This document shows, piece after piece, positions 8,461 through 17,010 of a stretch of 37,898 nucleotides of DNA. Position 1 is the first letter of the stretch; every line of letters starts with the position of its first letter. Under the pieces are notes generated by a model. That model ran no database searches. It was given only the letters and a program-made list of their open reading frames with translations, and had not been told where the DNA came from. Source of the DNA: Bdellovibrionota bacterium (lineage in GTDB: Bacteria > Bdellovibrionota_C > UBA2361 > JBIKWN01); the NCBI GenBank assembly GCA_044356295.1, contig JBIKWN010000020.1, positions 1-37,898 on the forward strand, read 5' to 3'. Made by a program: the position numbers and the translations under genes.

Positions 8461-11178
8461 ATGACAAGTCTCAATCGCACGACGCGACAAAGATTATTTC
8501 AAGATGAAGAGCTTTTTAATCACCTTCTTCCTTTTGCACGATATGATGTCGAGCATGGAATTTTTGTTCATGCTGATGCTTCGCTTTGGTCAATGTATGA
8601 GCTTGAACCAAAATGGCTTACTTCAACTTCTGATACAGATGCATTTGATCTAACAAAACAACTGCAAGAACTTCTTGATTCACTTGATCCTGAGATTTCC
8701 TGTCAGTGTTCATGGATTACTACTTTTGATGTTGATGGAGTCCTAAGAAACTCACTCAACAGTTATCCACTCTCTGGTCCTGCTGGTTGGATGGCTAAGC
8801 GTTGGATTCGTATGATGTATCAAGCATCACGCAGTGCAAATATTAGTCGACGACCTCGTCGCATGAGACTGCTTTTTATGTTTCGTTTTGATCCTGCTTG
8901 GAAACGAGGAAACTTACTACAAGAATTAAAAAAATCTATTCAAGCAATCTTTCATGATCCAGGAAAAAAAACGAAAGAGGAAAAATCAGTAGAATATACT
9001 GGCTATGCAAATAAGTTCAAAGGGATCGTGGAAGGTAAAGCTTCTAAATTAAGAGACCTAGGATTAAAGCCGAAACCTCTTGATGCACAGGGATTAATTA
9101 ATATTCTTTTTCCTTTACTCAATCGTAGAAGTGTTAAGCAATCTAAGATTCGTGGGGGAAGAAAGATATCACTTCCAGTTCCACTATTTGATAGAGCAGA
9201 GCTTCTTTCAAATCAGGTCTCTGAAACACCCGTTAAACATCCAAAAGATGGAATCATTGTTAAAGATGGTAAAGTGTACCGAAGTGTGTCGATGGTAAAG
9301 CCACCTAAGAATCTTTTACCTCTTATGGTTGCGCCACTTCAAGGTACCCCCTATGAAAATATTCTTACGATTACTTATTCAAAAGATGATGTTCAGAAAC
9401 AAATTGCTCGACTTGATAATTTAGATTCAACATTAGGATACCGCGAAAATACTGCTCGTGGTCGCTCTAACCAGAAAGTACAAAATCAGATTCAACAAGT
9501 TCGTGCTGCTCGACAAGAGCTTTATAATAACGAAACACAACTCGTTCGTGTTGGGCTTCATCAGACATTTATCTGTCAAACTGAAGATGAAGCGATACGA
9601 GCAACGTCTGAGGCGATGGCTACATTCCCTCAACTCTACGGTGCAAGAGGCATGGTGCATGAAATCACAGATCTTGCTTGCATGATTAATTCACTACCTG
9701 GTTGTTATGATCCATCAACTGATGGAGCTGGATGGACTAATCTTTTACGTTCGTCTCGTGCTTCAAGATTGTTTCCTCTTTGGGGGAACTGGCGAGGAAG
9801 TGAAAATCCATTGTTTGTTTTACCAAGTCTTTGGAATAGAGAACTTGTTGGTTTTGATTTTTATGATTCCAATACGGCTCCAAACGTTTTAATTAGCGGT
9901 GTCTCTGGTGCTGGTAAAAGTTATTTACTTTGTTACATTTTAATCACGATGAATCGTGGGCATTTTTCTCCTACCTCTGATGGTCGGTATCTTGAGAAGC
10001 CACCTATTACTTTTGTTTTTGATAAAGGGATGACAGGACAGCCGTGTGGATTTGAAAAGGTTGCCAAACTTTTTGGTGGCAAAATCTACGAAGCTACTCC
10101 TTCAAAAGCCCCTTCGATGAACTTTTTAGCCCGACTTGGAGAAACTCCTCCTGATCCAACACACGACGACTATAAAGATCTTGTCGATATGTGTGCAGAT
10201 ATTATTGCTGATATGGCGAGTGAAACTAATATTGCAGTTGATCGTCTTGGTAAAAACGTTGTGACTGAGTGTTTAGTTGAAGCACATCGTGTATATCGTT
10301 CAGGACCAATGCGGCGTGAGTTTATTTTGAGTGATGTTGTGTCTGGGATGCGGGCTCCTAAGAAAGTTACTGAAAGCGATGAGATGGTTCTTCGACGTCA
10401 GCGCATGTCGCAGATGCTTGCTGATTACTACGGCGATGGAACATACGCACGATTTTTTGATAGACCTGGTGCTTTAAAATTAAAAGAAAGATTTATTGTT
10501 TTTGATTTAAAAGCATTAAGTCGAAATCCGGATCTGCAACGAGTATTTTTGAAAGTTGCAATGCTTTGGGCGGATACCGTGATGAACGATCCGAAAGAAT
10601 TAGATACAAGAAAAATCCTAGTTTTTGATGAAGCACATGACCTGATTGGTAAGACTTCTGTAGGGACGATTGAAACTGCGTTCAGGCTTTACCGTAAGCG
10701 TAAAGGGATTGTGATTGCGGCTTCTCAGTCTGGGGAGGATTTCTATGTTGGTGCTGGCGGGCAAGCAATTGTTCAAAACAGTGCTCATAAGATCTTTTTA
10801 CGTCAGGATCCTGCTAAATTTCATATGACTGCTGAAGCGTTTAACTTATCCGAGCAGCAGCAAAGTGTAATTCTGCAGTTAAGAACGATTAAAGGGATTG
10901 AATCTCAGTTTTTCATGATGAGTGATATTGGTGAGGGAGCGCTTTGTTTACCGGTTGAGCCTGCTTTTTATTGGGCGAGTACAAATAATGGTGACGACAA
11001 TCAGCTGTTTAATGATGTATTAATACAGTGTGGAGGAAATTTCTGGGCAGCATTGGAGCAGATTGTGAAGATTGCTCCGTACGGAGTAGCCGCAGCCCGC
11101 AGCGCTAGCCAAGGCTTCGCCCCCGAAGAAGCCTCCGCCACCAACCTCGCTATGAAAAGTCTCAAGGACATTTCATAG
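8461..11178 (+). CDS. traC: TraC/VirB4-family T4SS ATPase
   Basis: 905 aa; NVLISGVSGAGKS (Walker A), VFDKG, ILVFDEAH (Walker B), RLYRKRKG, ASQS, AIVQNSAHKIFLRQ. Confidence 0.92.
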   Translation: MTSLNRTTRQRLFQDEELFNHLLPFARYDVEHGIFVHADASLWSMYELEPKWLTSTSDTDAFDLTKQLQELLDSLDPEISCQCSWITTFDVDGVLRNSLNSYPLSGPAGWMAKRWIRMMYQASRSANISRRPRRMRLLFMFRFDPAWKRGNLLQELKKSIQAIFHDPGKKTKEEKSVEYTGYANKFKGIVEGKASKLRDLGLKPKPLDAQGLINILFPLLNRRSVKQSKIRGGRKISLPVPLFDRAELLSNQVSETPVKHPKDGIIVKDGKVYRSVSMVKPPKNLLPLMVAPLQGTPYENILTITYSKDDVQKQIARLDNLDSTLGYRENTARGRSNQKVQNQIQQVRAARQELYNNETQLVRVGLHQTFICQTEDEAIRATSEAMATFPQLYGARGMVHEITDLACMINSLPGCYDPSTDGAGWTNLLRSSRASRLFPLWGNWRGSENPLFVLPSLWNRELVGFDFYDSNTAPNVLISGVSGAGKSYLLCYILITMNRGHFSPTSDGRYLEKPPITFVFDKGMTGQPCGFEKVAKLFGGKIYEATPSKAPSMNFLARLGETPPDPTHDDYKDLVDMCADIIADMASETNIAVDRLGKNVVTECLVEAHRVYRSGPMRREFILSDVVSGMRAPKKVTESDEMVLRRQRMSQMLADYYGDGTYARFFDRPGALKLKERFIVFDLKALSRNPDLQRVFLKVAMLWADTVMNDPKELDTRKILVFDEAHDLIGKTSVGTIETAFRLYRKRKGIVIAASQSGEDFYVGAGGQAIVQNSAHKIFLRQDPAKFHMTAEAFNLSEQQQSVILQLRTIKGIESQFFMMSDIGEGALCLPVEPAFYWASTNNGDDNQLFNDVLIQCGGNFWAALEQIVKIAPYGVAAARSASQGFAPEEASATNLAMKSLKDIS

Positions 11179-11199
11179 ACAATTTTAGGAGAAAATTAT

Positions 11200-11478
11200 A
11201 TGAGAAAAAATATTAAAAAGATTATTATTTTCGGCATGTTGGGCTGTTTACTAGGTGGTTGTGCTTCTGGTCCTGCTCAAATAGTTGTAGAGCCCGCAAT
11301 TGATCATGACGGATTAGCTCGAGACGGTATTGCCCCACATATCTGGGAAGAACCAATGGTAGACGTTATTGATGTGCCTCCTGGTACAGACCCTGAAGGA
11401 CACTATTACCGCCCTGCTCATCAAGAAGTTGTAGAGATTCGCCAAGGACGTTGGCAGTACTATAAGGATAAAAAATAA
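11200..11478 (+). CDS. Small lipoprotein, second TraV-like paralogue
   Basis: AGGAG RBS; lipobox LGGC; shares the V....VP......G...PAH.........RW pattern with the 7500 protein. Confidence 0.6.
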   Translation: MRKNIKKIIIFGMLGCLLGGCASGPAQIVVEPAIDHDGLARDGIAPHIWEEPMVDVIDVPPGTDPEGHYYRPAHQEVVEIRQGRWQYYKDKK

Positions 11479-11501
11479 AAGATCTTATTTGAATTACTAG
11501 C

Positions 11502-11780
11502 ATGAGTCTTATTGATCCAAAACATTTAGCTGCGCCTTTTCAAAATACAACACACATCGTGACTATCGTCTTCCTTGTAGTCCTTTTTGCTGTGTTTAGA
11601 CTAGCTACTGGTTCAGTCGAAATTCGTACTGGCACTGTTTCAAATACTGGTACGTCAAGACTTGGCACCCTTCCAGAGGCGCCTCAAAAACCAATCCTTC
11701 CAGATGCTTCAAAAAATCAGAATGATTCTGAAGCCCAAGGACTTAATGATATTGAGAAAGCCTTAGGTATTAAGCAGTGA
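11502..11780 (+). CDS. Hypothetical single-pass membrane protein
   Basis: 92 aa with one TM (IVTIVFLVVLFAVF); its stop overlaps the next start (GTGA). Confidence 0.65.
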   Translation: MSLIDPKHLAAPFQNTTHIVTIVFLVVLFAVFRLATGSVEIRTGTVSNTGTSRLGTLPEAPQKPILPDASKNQNDSEAQGLNDIEKALGIKQ

Positions 11781-12247
11781 TAATCCGTAAATCCTGGCGC
11801 TCTGAATGGTTTATACTTTTGCTATTTTTAATTACTTCAATCGCCTCAGTTCAGTTGTCTCATGTTTTACCATGGAGCGTAATTAAAGGAGATATCTGGA
11901 ACGAAGTCTCGTTGCAAGTTTATCTTCATCTTCCCCTCTTTTGGCTAGTCCCTGCTTTCTTTCTAGGTCTAGCATTTGTAAGAGTACATGATGTTCAATT
12001 TCATATACTTGAACATATTTTAGAAGCTCATTACGGTATCGTATCTTTGCATCGCAAAGTTGTCAGAATTCGGTATGAAGATATTCGGTCTGTTGAGGTC
12101 ATACAATCAGTCTTTGAGAGAGTATTGAAGATTGGCATAATTGAAATCTCTACTTCAGCCACTGGTGGAGTCGAAATTATCATGGAAGGAGTGTCTCAAC
12201 CACATTTCATACAAGAGATGTTACTCTCTACCAAGAATAGGAATTGA
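11777..12247 (+). CDS. Membrane protein with a bacterial PH domain (bPH_2/YdbS-like)
   Basis: Two TMs followed by GIVS...IRYEDIRSVEVIQSVFERVLKIG.IEISTSA...I.MEGV..P. Confidence 0.8.
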   Translation: MIIRKSWRSEWFILLLFLITSIASVQLSHVLPWSVIKGDIWNEVSLQVYLHLPLFWLVPAFFLGLAFVRVHDVQFHILEHILEAHYGIVSLHRKVVRIRYEDIRSVEVIQSVFERVLKIGIIEISTSATGGVEIIMEGVSQPHFIQEMLLSTKNRN

Positions 12248-13122
12248 TAAAAATGACTTTTAAGAACAAATATTTCAATCGTCTACTCTCTTCATCCTTT
12301 CTTTTATTCGCTTTGCTCACTCCTAGACCGATTTTGGCTCAAGAACTACCTACCCCTGACCCTCGTATAAATGAATTAGAACAAAAACAAAAAGAGCTCC
12401 TTGAAAAAGAGCAGGAAATACTAAAGCAAAGTCTCAAGGATGTTTCACAAGAACAAAATCAAACGTCCAAACAAATTTCAGGCAAAAAAATAAAAAAACC
12501 GTCCACAAGTAATACTCCAGTAATTCCATCTACAGCCAATACTCCTGAGACTACACCTACCCTAGATCCATTACAGCAAGCGCAATTCACAATAGCAAAA
12601 CTCAAAAAAGAATTGGATGAAACAAAAAATCGTCTTGCCCTATCTGAAACGGAAGTAGAGCGCTTGGCTTTACTTATTGATAATCGACAAAAACTACAAC
12701 CAAACAATAAGTCTCAGACATCTTTCAATTCAAAAAATCCATCTGGATATAATCAAGCTTTACGCGTAAGAGAACCATCAGAAATACAAGCAAAAGTCGA
12801 TGGAGATATGCAGATCGCAACAGTCATAGCCGAAAAAGCTCAACTTAGGACTGGTCCAGGGCTAACTAATTCTCCTCTTATGACTGTTGGACAAGGAACG
12901 CGTTTAGCAATAGAGACTCAGAAAGGGGAATGGTTTAGAGTAATCGCACCAAGCGGAGCAAGAGCATGGGTATCAGCTGATGTACTAGACATTGGGAGAA
13001 ACAAAAATACGAACAATCCTATTTCATCAACAAATAACGAATCCGATAATGGTGGATTTCCAACTGACGCTGAAGTGGAAGCCTTTAAAGCACTCCAATT
13101 TAATAATAAAAATTCTAAGTAA
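12244..13122 (+). CDS. Secreted coiled-coil protein with a C-terminal bacterial SH3 (SH3_3/SH3b) domain
   Basis: Signal peptide, coiled coils, and V.AEKAQLRTGPG......V.QGT.L......GEWFRV..PSG...WVS. The start may be ATG 12253. Confidence 0.8.
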   Translation: MIKMTFKNKYFNRLLSSSFLLFALLTPRPILAQELPTPDPRINELEQKQKELLEKEQEILKQSLKDVSQEQNQTSKQISGKKIKKPSTSNTPVIPSTANTPETTPTLDPLQQAQFTIAKLKKELDETKNRLALSETEVERLALLIDNRQKLQPNNKSQTSFNSKNPSGYNQALRVREPSEIQAKVDGDMQIATVIAEKAQLRTGPGLTNSPLMTVGQGTRLAIETQKGEWFRVIAPSGARAWVSADVLDIGRNKNTNNPISSTNNESDNGGFPTDAEVEAFKALQFNNKNSK

Positions 13123-14047
13123 TTCTTTTTACATACCGTGGCGGCGTATATGTACCTGGGGGGAAATCATATTTCATAACTCCTCTTAAAAAGTAGCTTG
13201 ATGCTCTTTTAAATCTATTCTTTATTTCAAAATAGATTTTCAAGAAATATATCCTTACTTGAGAACATAAAGAGAGGACGATTGGACGTTTCGTAAAGCG
13301 AGTTGATTGCTTTGAAGATTTAGGGCAGCTTCCAATACTTTGCTTCATCATTAAAGCTTTTCCTAAAAATCCCTTACCTATGCTAAGACGATTTTGCTGA
13401 ATTTGTAGCGTTCTTTCAGTAATTTTTGTTTTAAAATAATCTTTAATTTTAGAGATTAAAATATTTTCCTGCCCTGGTAGACGAGAGAATTTTAATTCGT
13501 ATTGAACTCGAAAATCTTCAGGTTTCAGTGAGCTATTAGACCTTTTTGCCAAGCAGTATAAAGACCAATTTGTCCAGTAGTAGCTTCTTACTTTACCATT
13601 CATATAATCATGATGAGAATTAAATGCCGTATACTTAGCAACACAGTCAACAATTCCAGAAGAAACAGGATTTAAGACCAGATAGAGATACCAATTTTCT
13701 ACATCAGCATCACGAGGTAATATTTGATATGCATATCGTCTTGCCCAAACAGCACGACGCCCTTTTACGAAATAGTAACGACTAACAAGTCGTGCTATGG
13801 CGGAATTAAAATCTCTCATGAATGAGGCTCGATTCTCTTTTGGGAATCTCGCAATAAGGTGATAGTGATTTCCCATAAGAATAAATCCAAATATTTCAAC
13901 TTCATAAATGGATTGATATCTAGCTAAGCATCCAAGGATCTCTCTTTCCAATGCTTTATTGTTAATAAACCACAACCGAGATTCTGCTGTTCTGGTTGTA
14001 ATGAATACGATCCAATCTTTATTTTCAACTGAAAGGGGTTGTGACAT
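13115..14047 (-). mobile_element. REP-associated tyrosine transposase (RAYT)-like HUH Y1 transposase
   Basis: FITTRT, FILMGNHYH (HUH motif), SFMRDFNS, VWARRY, YLVLNPVSSGIV (catalytic Tyr helix) and C-terminal FPPGTY. It is more AT-rich than its neighbours and oppositely oriented. Confidence 0.85.
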
Positions 14048-14173
14048 ATAAGAGGAATCGAAATCCCAACAAGATTAGTTTCTTCAATAAAGAGAATAAT
14101 TTCGAGTTCTTACGTATAGTTATAAATCAACTAAACACTCAATATGATTCATTATTTTGTCGATGACTGATAG

Positions 14174-14659
14174 GTGAAGCGTTTAGTCTTTTTGTTCTTT
14201 GTAATGTCCTTGAGACCTTGCTATGCGGAGCCCCGGGAGTTGGGGTTGGTGCCGTTTGTGTATCCGGTGATGACGCCGCGGATTTCTAGCTCTTATGGAT
14301 TGCGCAAACATCCGCTTTTGAAATTTTCTAGCCAACACAAAGGCACTGATCTCGCGGCAGAGCTCGATACCCCTATCCGTGCAGTCTCATCCGGGCATAT
14401 CGTCTTTGCAGACCCATACGCAGGATACGGCAACCTTGTCGTAATCCAACACAGCCGCGGAGTTACCACTCACTACGGACACTGCGATAAGATAAAAATT
14501 AAACCTGGGCAAAAAGTGAATGCAGGAGATATCATAGCTACAATTGGATCTACTGGACTGTCATCCGGACCTCACCTGCACTTTGAGATCAGAGTAAACG
14601 GTGAAGCCATAGATCCTGAAACAATTATTCCTGACCTAGCTGAACATCCCGATGGTTGA
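14174..14659 (+). CDS. M23 family metallopeptidase (peptidoglycan endopeptidase)
   Basis: Signal peptide; ISSSYGLRKHP, HKGTD (HxxxD), YGNLV.I.H, YGH, GSTGLSSGPHLHFE (HxH). Confidence 0.92.
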   Translation: MKRLVFLFFVMSLRPCYAEPRELGLVPFVYPVMTPRISSSYGLRKHPLLKFSSQHKGTDLAAELDTPIRAVSSGHIVFADPYAGYGNLVVIQHSRGVTTHYGHCDKIKIKPGQKVNAGDIIATIGSTGLSSGPHLHFEIRVNGEAIDPETIIPDLAEHPDG

Positions 14660-15584
14660 AAATCAAACTGCTCTCGCAATAGATATTGGCTCCAATGCTA
14701 TGAGATGTGCTGTAGGAAAACTCGATGAACATGGCGACCTAAAAATATTTTTTCAATCTCGAGCCCCAGTCAGTATCGGTCGTGCCGTTTTTAATTCAAA
14801 AGAACGCTTGATTGACGATACGACTATCCAAAAAACACTCGTTGCTCTGAATGATTTCATTCAAGAAGGAAAAAAATTCAATACAACTCTCACAAGAGCC
14901 GTCGCAACAAGTGCGATGCGAGACGCGCAAAATTCAGAAACATTAATCGATGCAGTCAAAAAAGAGCTTAATCTTACAATTCAAATTATAAGCGGAGACG
15001 AAGAAGCAAGACTCGTCCGCCTCGCCGTAAGCAATCGGTATGATGTATCAAAAGAGCTCCTCGGTATTCTCGATATCGGTGGAGGAAGCGCAGAATTCAA
15101 CCTTATTGACCATGGAACTCTTCTCTTTGCCATCAGTGAACGAGTCGGAACAATTCGCTTACTGCAAGCAGTCTCTGAACAACGAATTTCTAAAACAAGA
15201 TTTACAGACAGAATAAAAAAAGTCATAGATCTTTTGGCGCAAAAAGTAGAACAAAATCTCGAAGGGAAAAAATTAGATTCTCTCCTTGCTACCGGAGGAA
15301 ACGTAGAAGAACTAGGCAAACTAAGAACTCAACTCATTCCTGGAAAGAAAAAATCAAATAAAATACGCCTAGAAGAACTAGAGACAATAATCACCCTCCT
15401 CGAGCCCCTCACCCCTCAAGAAAGAGAGAAGAAATTCGGATTTCGACCAGATAGAGCAGACGTTATTTTACCCGCAGCAATCATCTTGAGGGAAATTTTA
15501 GTTCGAGCAAAATTAAATAAAATCAAAATTCCTGGGGTTGGACTCAGAGAAGGAGTGCTCCTGGAATTGCTCTCGGGCATCTAA
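14652..15584 (+). CDS. ppx: Ppx/GppA exopolyphosphatase, short form without HD domain
   Basis: AIDIGSNAMR, ATSAMRDAQN, IISGDEEARL, DIGGGSAE, RADVILPA, GLREG. Confidence 0.9.
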   Translation: MVENQTALAIDIGSNAMRCAVGKLDEHGDLKIFFQSRAPVSIGRAVFNSKERLIDDTTIQKTLVALNDFIQEGKKFNTTLTRAVATSAMRDAQNSETLIDAVKKELNLTIQIISGDEEARLVRLAVSNRYDVSKELLGILDIGGGSAEFNLIDHGTLLFAISERVGTIRLLQAVSEQRISKTRFTDRIKKVIDLLAQKVEQNLEGKKLDSLLATGGNVEELGKLRTQLIPGKKKSNKIRLEELETIITLLEPLTPQEREKKFGFRPDRADVILPAAIILREILVRAKLNKIKIPGVGLREGVLLELLSGI

Positions 15585-15608
15585 TTAGTACAGAATTACC
15601 TTAACTAT

Positions 15609-16310
15609 ATGCCAGCTAAAAAAACAAAGAAAAAAAACCAACGTCCCTACCCAGGATTTTTAATAGCGGTAGAAGGATTAGATGGTTCTGGAAAATCTAC
15701 GCAACTTGCACTTCTAAGAAAATGGTTTGAACTTGAAGGGTTAAAAGTTTTCTTTACTGAATGGAATTCTTCAGCAGTGATTAAACCTGTCACAAAACGA
15801 GGCAAGCAACAAAAAATACTTACTGGGGTAACATTTAGCTTAATACATGCAACTGATTTTGCAGATCGCTATGAAAGACAGATACTTCCCCTCCTTCGCG
15901 CTGGATACATAGTGCTTTGTGACCGTTATGTATTTACTGCCTATGCCAGAGACAGTGCACGCGGATGTCAACCTGAATGGCTTCGTTCGATTTATTCATT
16001 TGCCAAAATACCAGATGTGACTTTCTATTTCCGTACTCCTTTAGACGTCGCACTACAAAGAATACTTTCGGGTCGCCCAGAGCTAAAATACCACGAAGCA
16101 GGAATGGACCTCGACCTTGATGATGACATTGAAGAAAGCTTTAAAAAATTTCAAGGTTTACTCTTTAAGGAATATCAAAAAATATCTAAAGAGTTTGGGT
16201 TCCTGGAAATAGACTCAACCCTACCGCCAAAAAAACAACAAGATATTTTGAGACAAGAAATCTCAAAACGAATTCCACTTAAAGATTTCAAACAAAAGAT
16301 TCACTCATGA
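15609..16310 (+). CDS. Thymidylate kinase-like P-loop kinase
   Basis: IAVEGLDGSGKSTQ, TEWNSS, VLCDRY, PDVTFY. Confidence 0.85.
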   Translation: MPAKKTKKKNQRPYPGFLIAVEGLDGSGKSTQLALLRKWFELEGLKVFFTEWNSSAVIKPVTKRGKQQKILTGVTFSLIHATDFADRYERQILPLLRAGYIVLCDRYVFTAYARDSARGCQPEWLRSIYSFAKIPDVTFYFRTPLDVALQRILSGRPELKYHEAGMDLDLDDDIEESFKKFQGLLFKEYQKISKEFGFLEIDSTLPPKKQQDILRQEISKRIPLKDFKQKIHS

Positions 16311-16951
16311 TTGCAGCAAGAAAAAAGAAGCCATCAGGAACTCTTATAGCAATAGAAGGTCCAGAAAATATTGGATGCTCGACGCAAACAACACTACTTA
16401 TTGAAAGCTTTCAGCGCTCTGGAAATCCAACACTCCGTGGTGGCCTAGGCTATTCTGAATTTATAGGAACTGACTTAGAAGCAATAATCACGGTGCACCC
16501 AATTCGTCCACATACAATGAGCCTATTTCATGCCACTGAAATTTTTGATCAACTCGAAAAGAAAATTATCCCAGCTCTTCAAGCAGGCTTCATCGTTGTT
16601 CTTGATAGATGGATTTTTTCAGTGATTGCCCAAAGTATGGTGAGAGGTGTTGAGCTTAAATGGCTCAACAAACTTTTTGCACATCCACTTTCAGCAGCAA
16701 AAACTTTTGTTCTTAAGGCTGAACCTGAGAAACTAATCCAACGTTCTTTCACACAACAAGGCACTCTAGGTTTTTGGGATTCAGGACAAGACTGCGTTGT
16801 TCGAGATGGACTCTATGAAGGTTTTATCGAATACCAAAAACGGCAAAAAAAGATATTAAAAGACCTTACAAAAAAATTCGATTTAATTCCTATTTCTGCT
16901 GATGGTACGATTGAAGATACTCATCAATTAATACTGAAGCAGCTTAGCTAG
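16307..16951 (+). CDS. Second thymidylate kinase-like protein with a degenerate P-loop
   Basis: IAIEGPENIGCSTQ (no Lys), SLFHATE, IIPALQAGFIVVLDRW; clearly paralogous to the upstream gene, with ATGA overlap. Confidence 0.8.
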   Translation: MIAARKKKPSGTLIAIEGPENIGCSTQTTLLIESFQRSGNPTLRGGLGYSEFIGTDLEAIITVHPIRPHTMSLFHATEIFDQLEKKIIPALQAGFIVVLDRWIFSVIAQSMVRGVELKWLNKLFAHPLSAAKTFVLKAEPEKLIQRSFTQQGTLGFWDSGQDCVVRDGLYEGFIEYQKRQKKILKDLTKKFDLIPISADGTIEDTHQLILKQLS

Positions 16952-17010
16952 TTTCTCTGTATAGAGATTAGACCACCAGAAAGCTTGAGTAAAAATTAAA
17001 GCCCTGAGCC

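Noticed and set aside
11075..11134. Palindromes as a CRISPR repeat or intrinsic terminator
   Set aside because: Single occurrence, no spacers, no U-tract, and inside the traC frame. It is kept only as part of the skew-switch finding.
13115..14047. RAYT as a conjugative relaxase or an IS200/IS605-TnpB element
   Set aside because: The motif order (HUH then downstream Tyr) is the Y1-transposase arrangement, not MOB relaxase. There is no adjacent tnpB and no clear subterminal hairpins.
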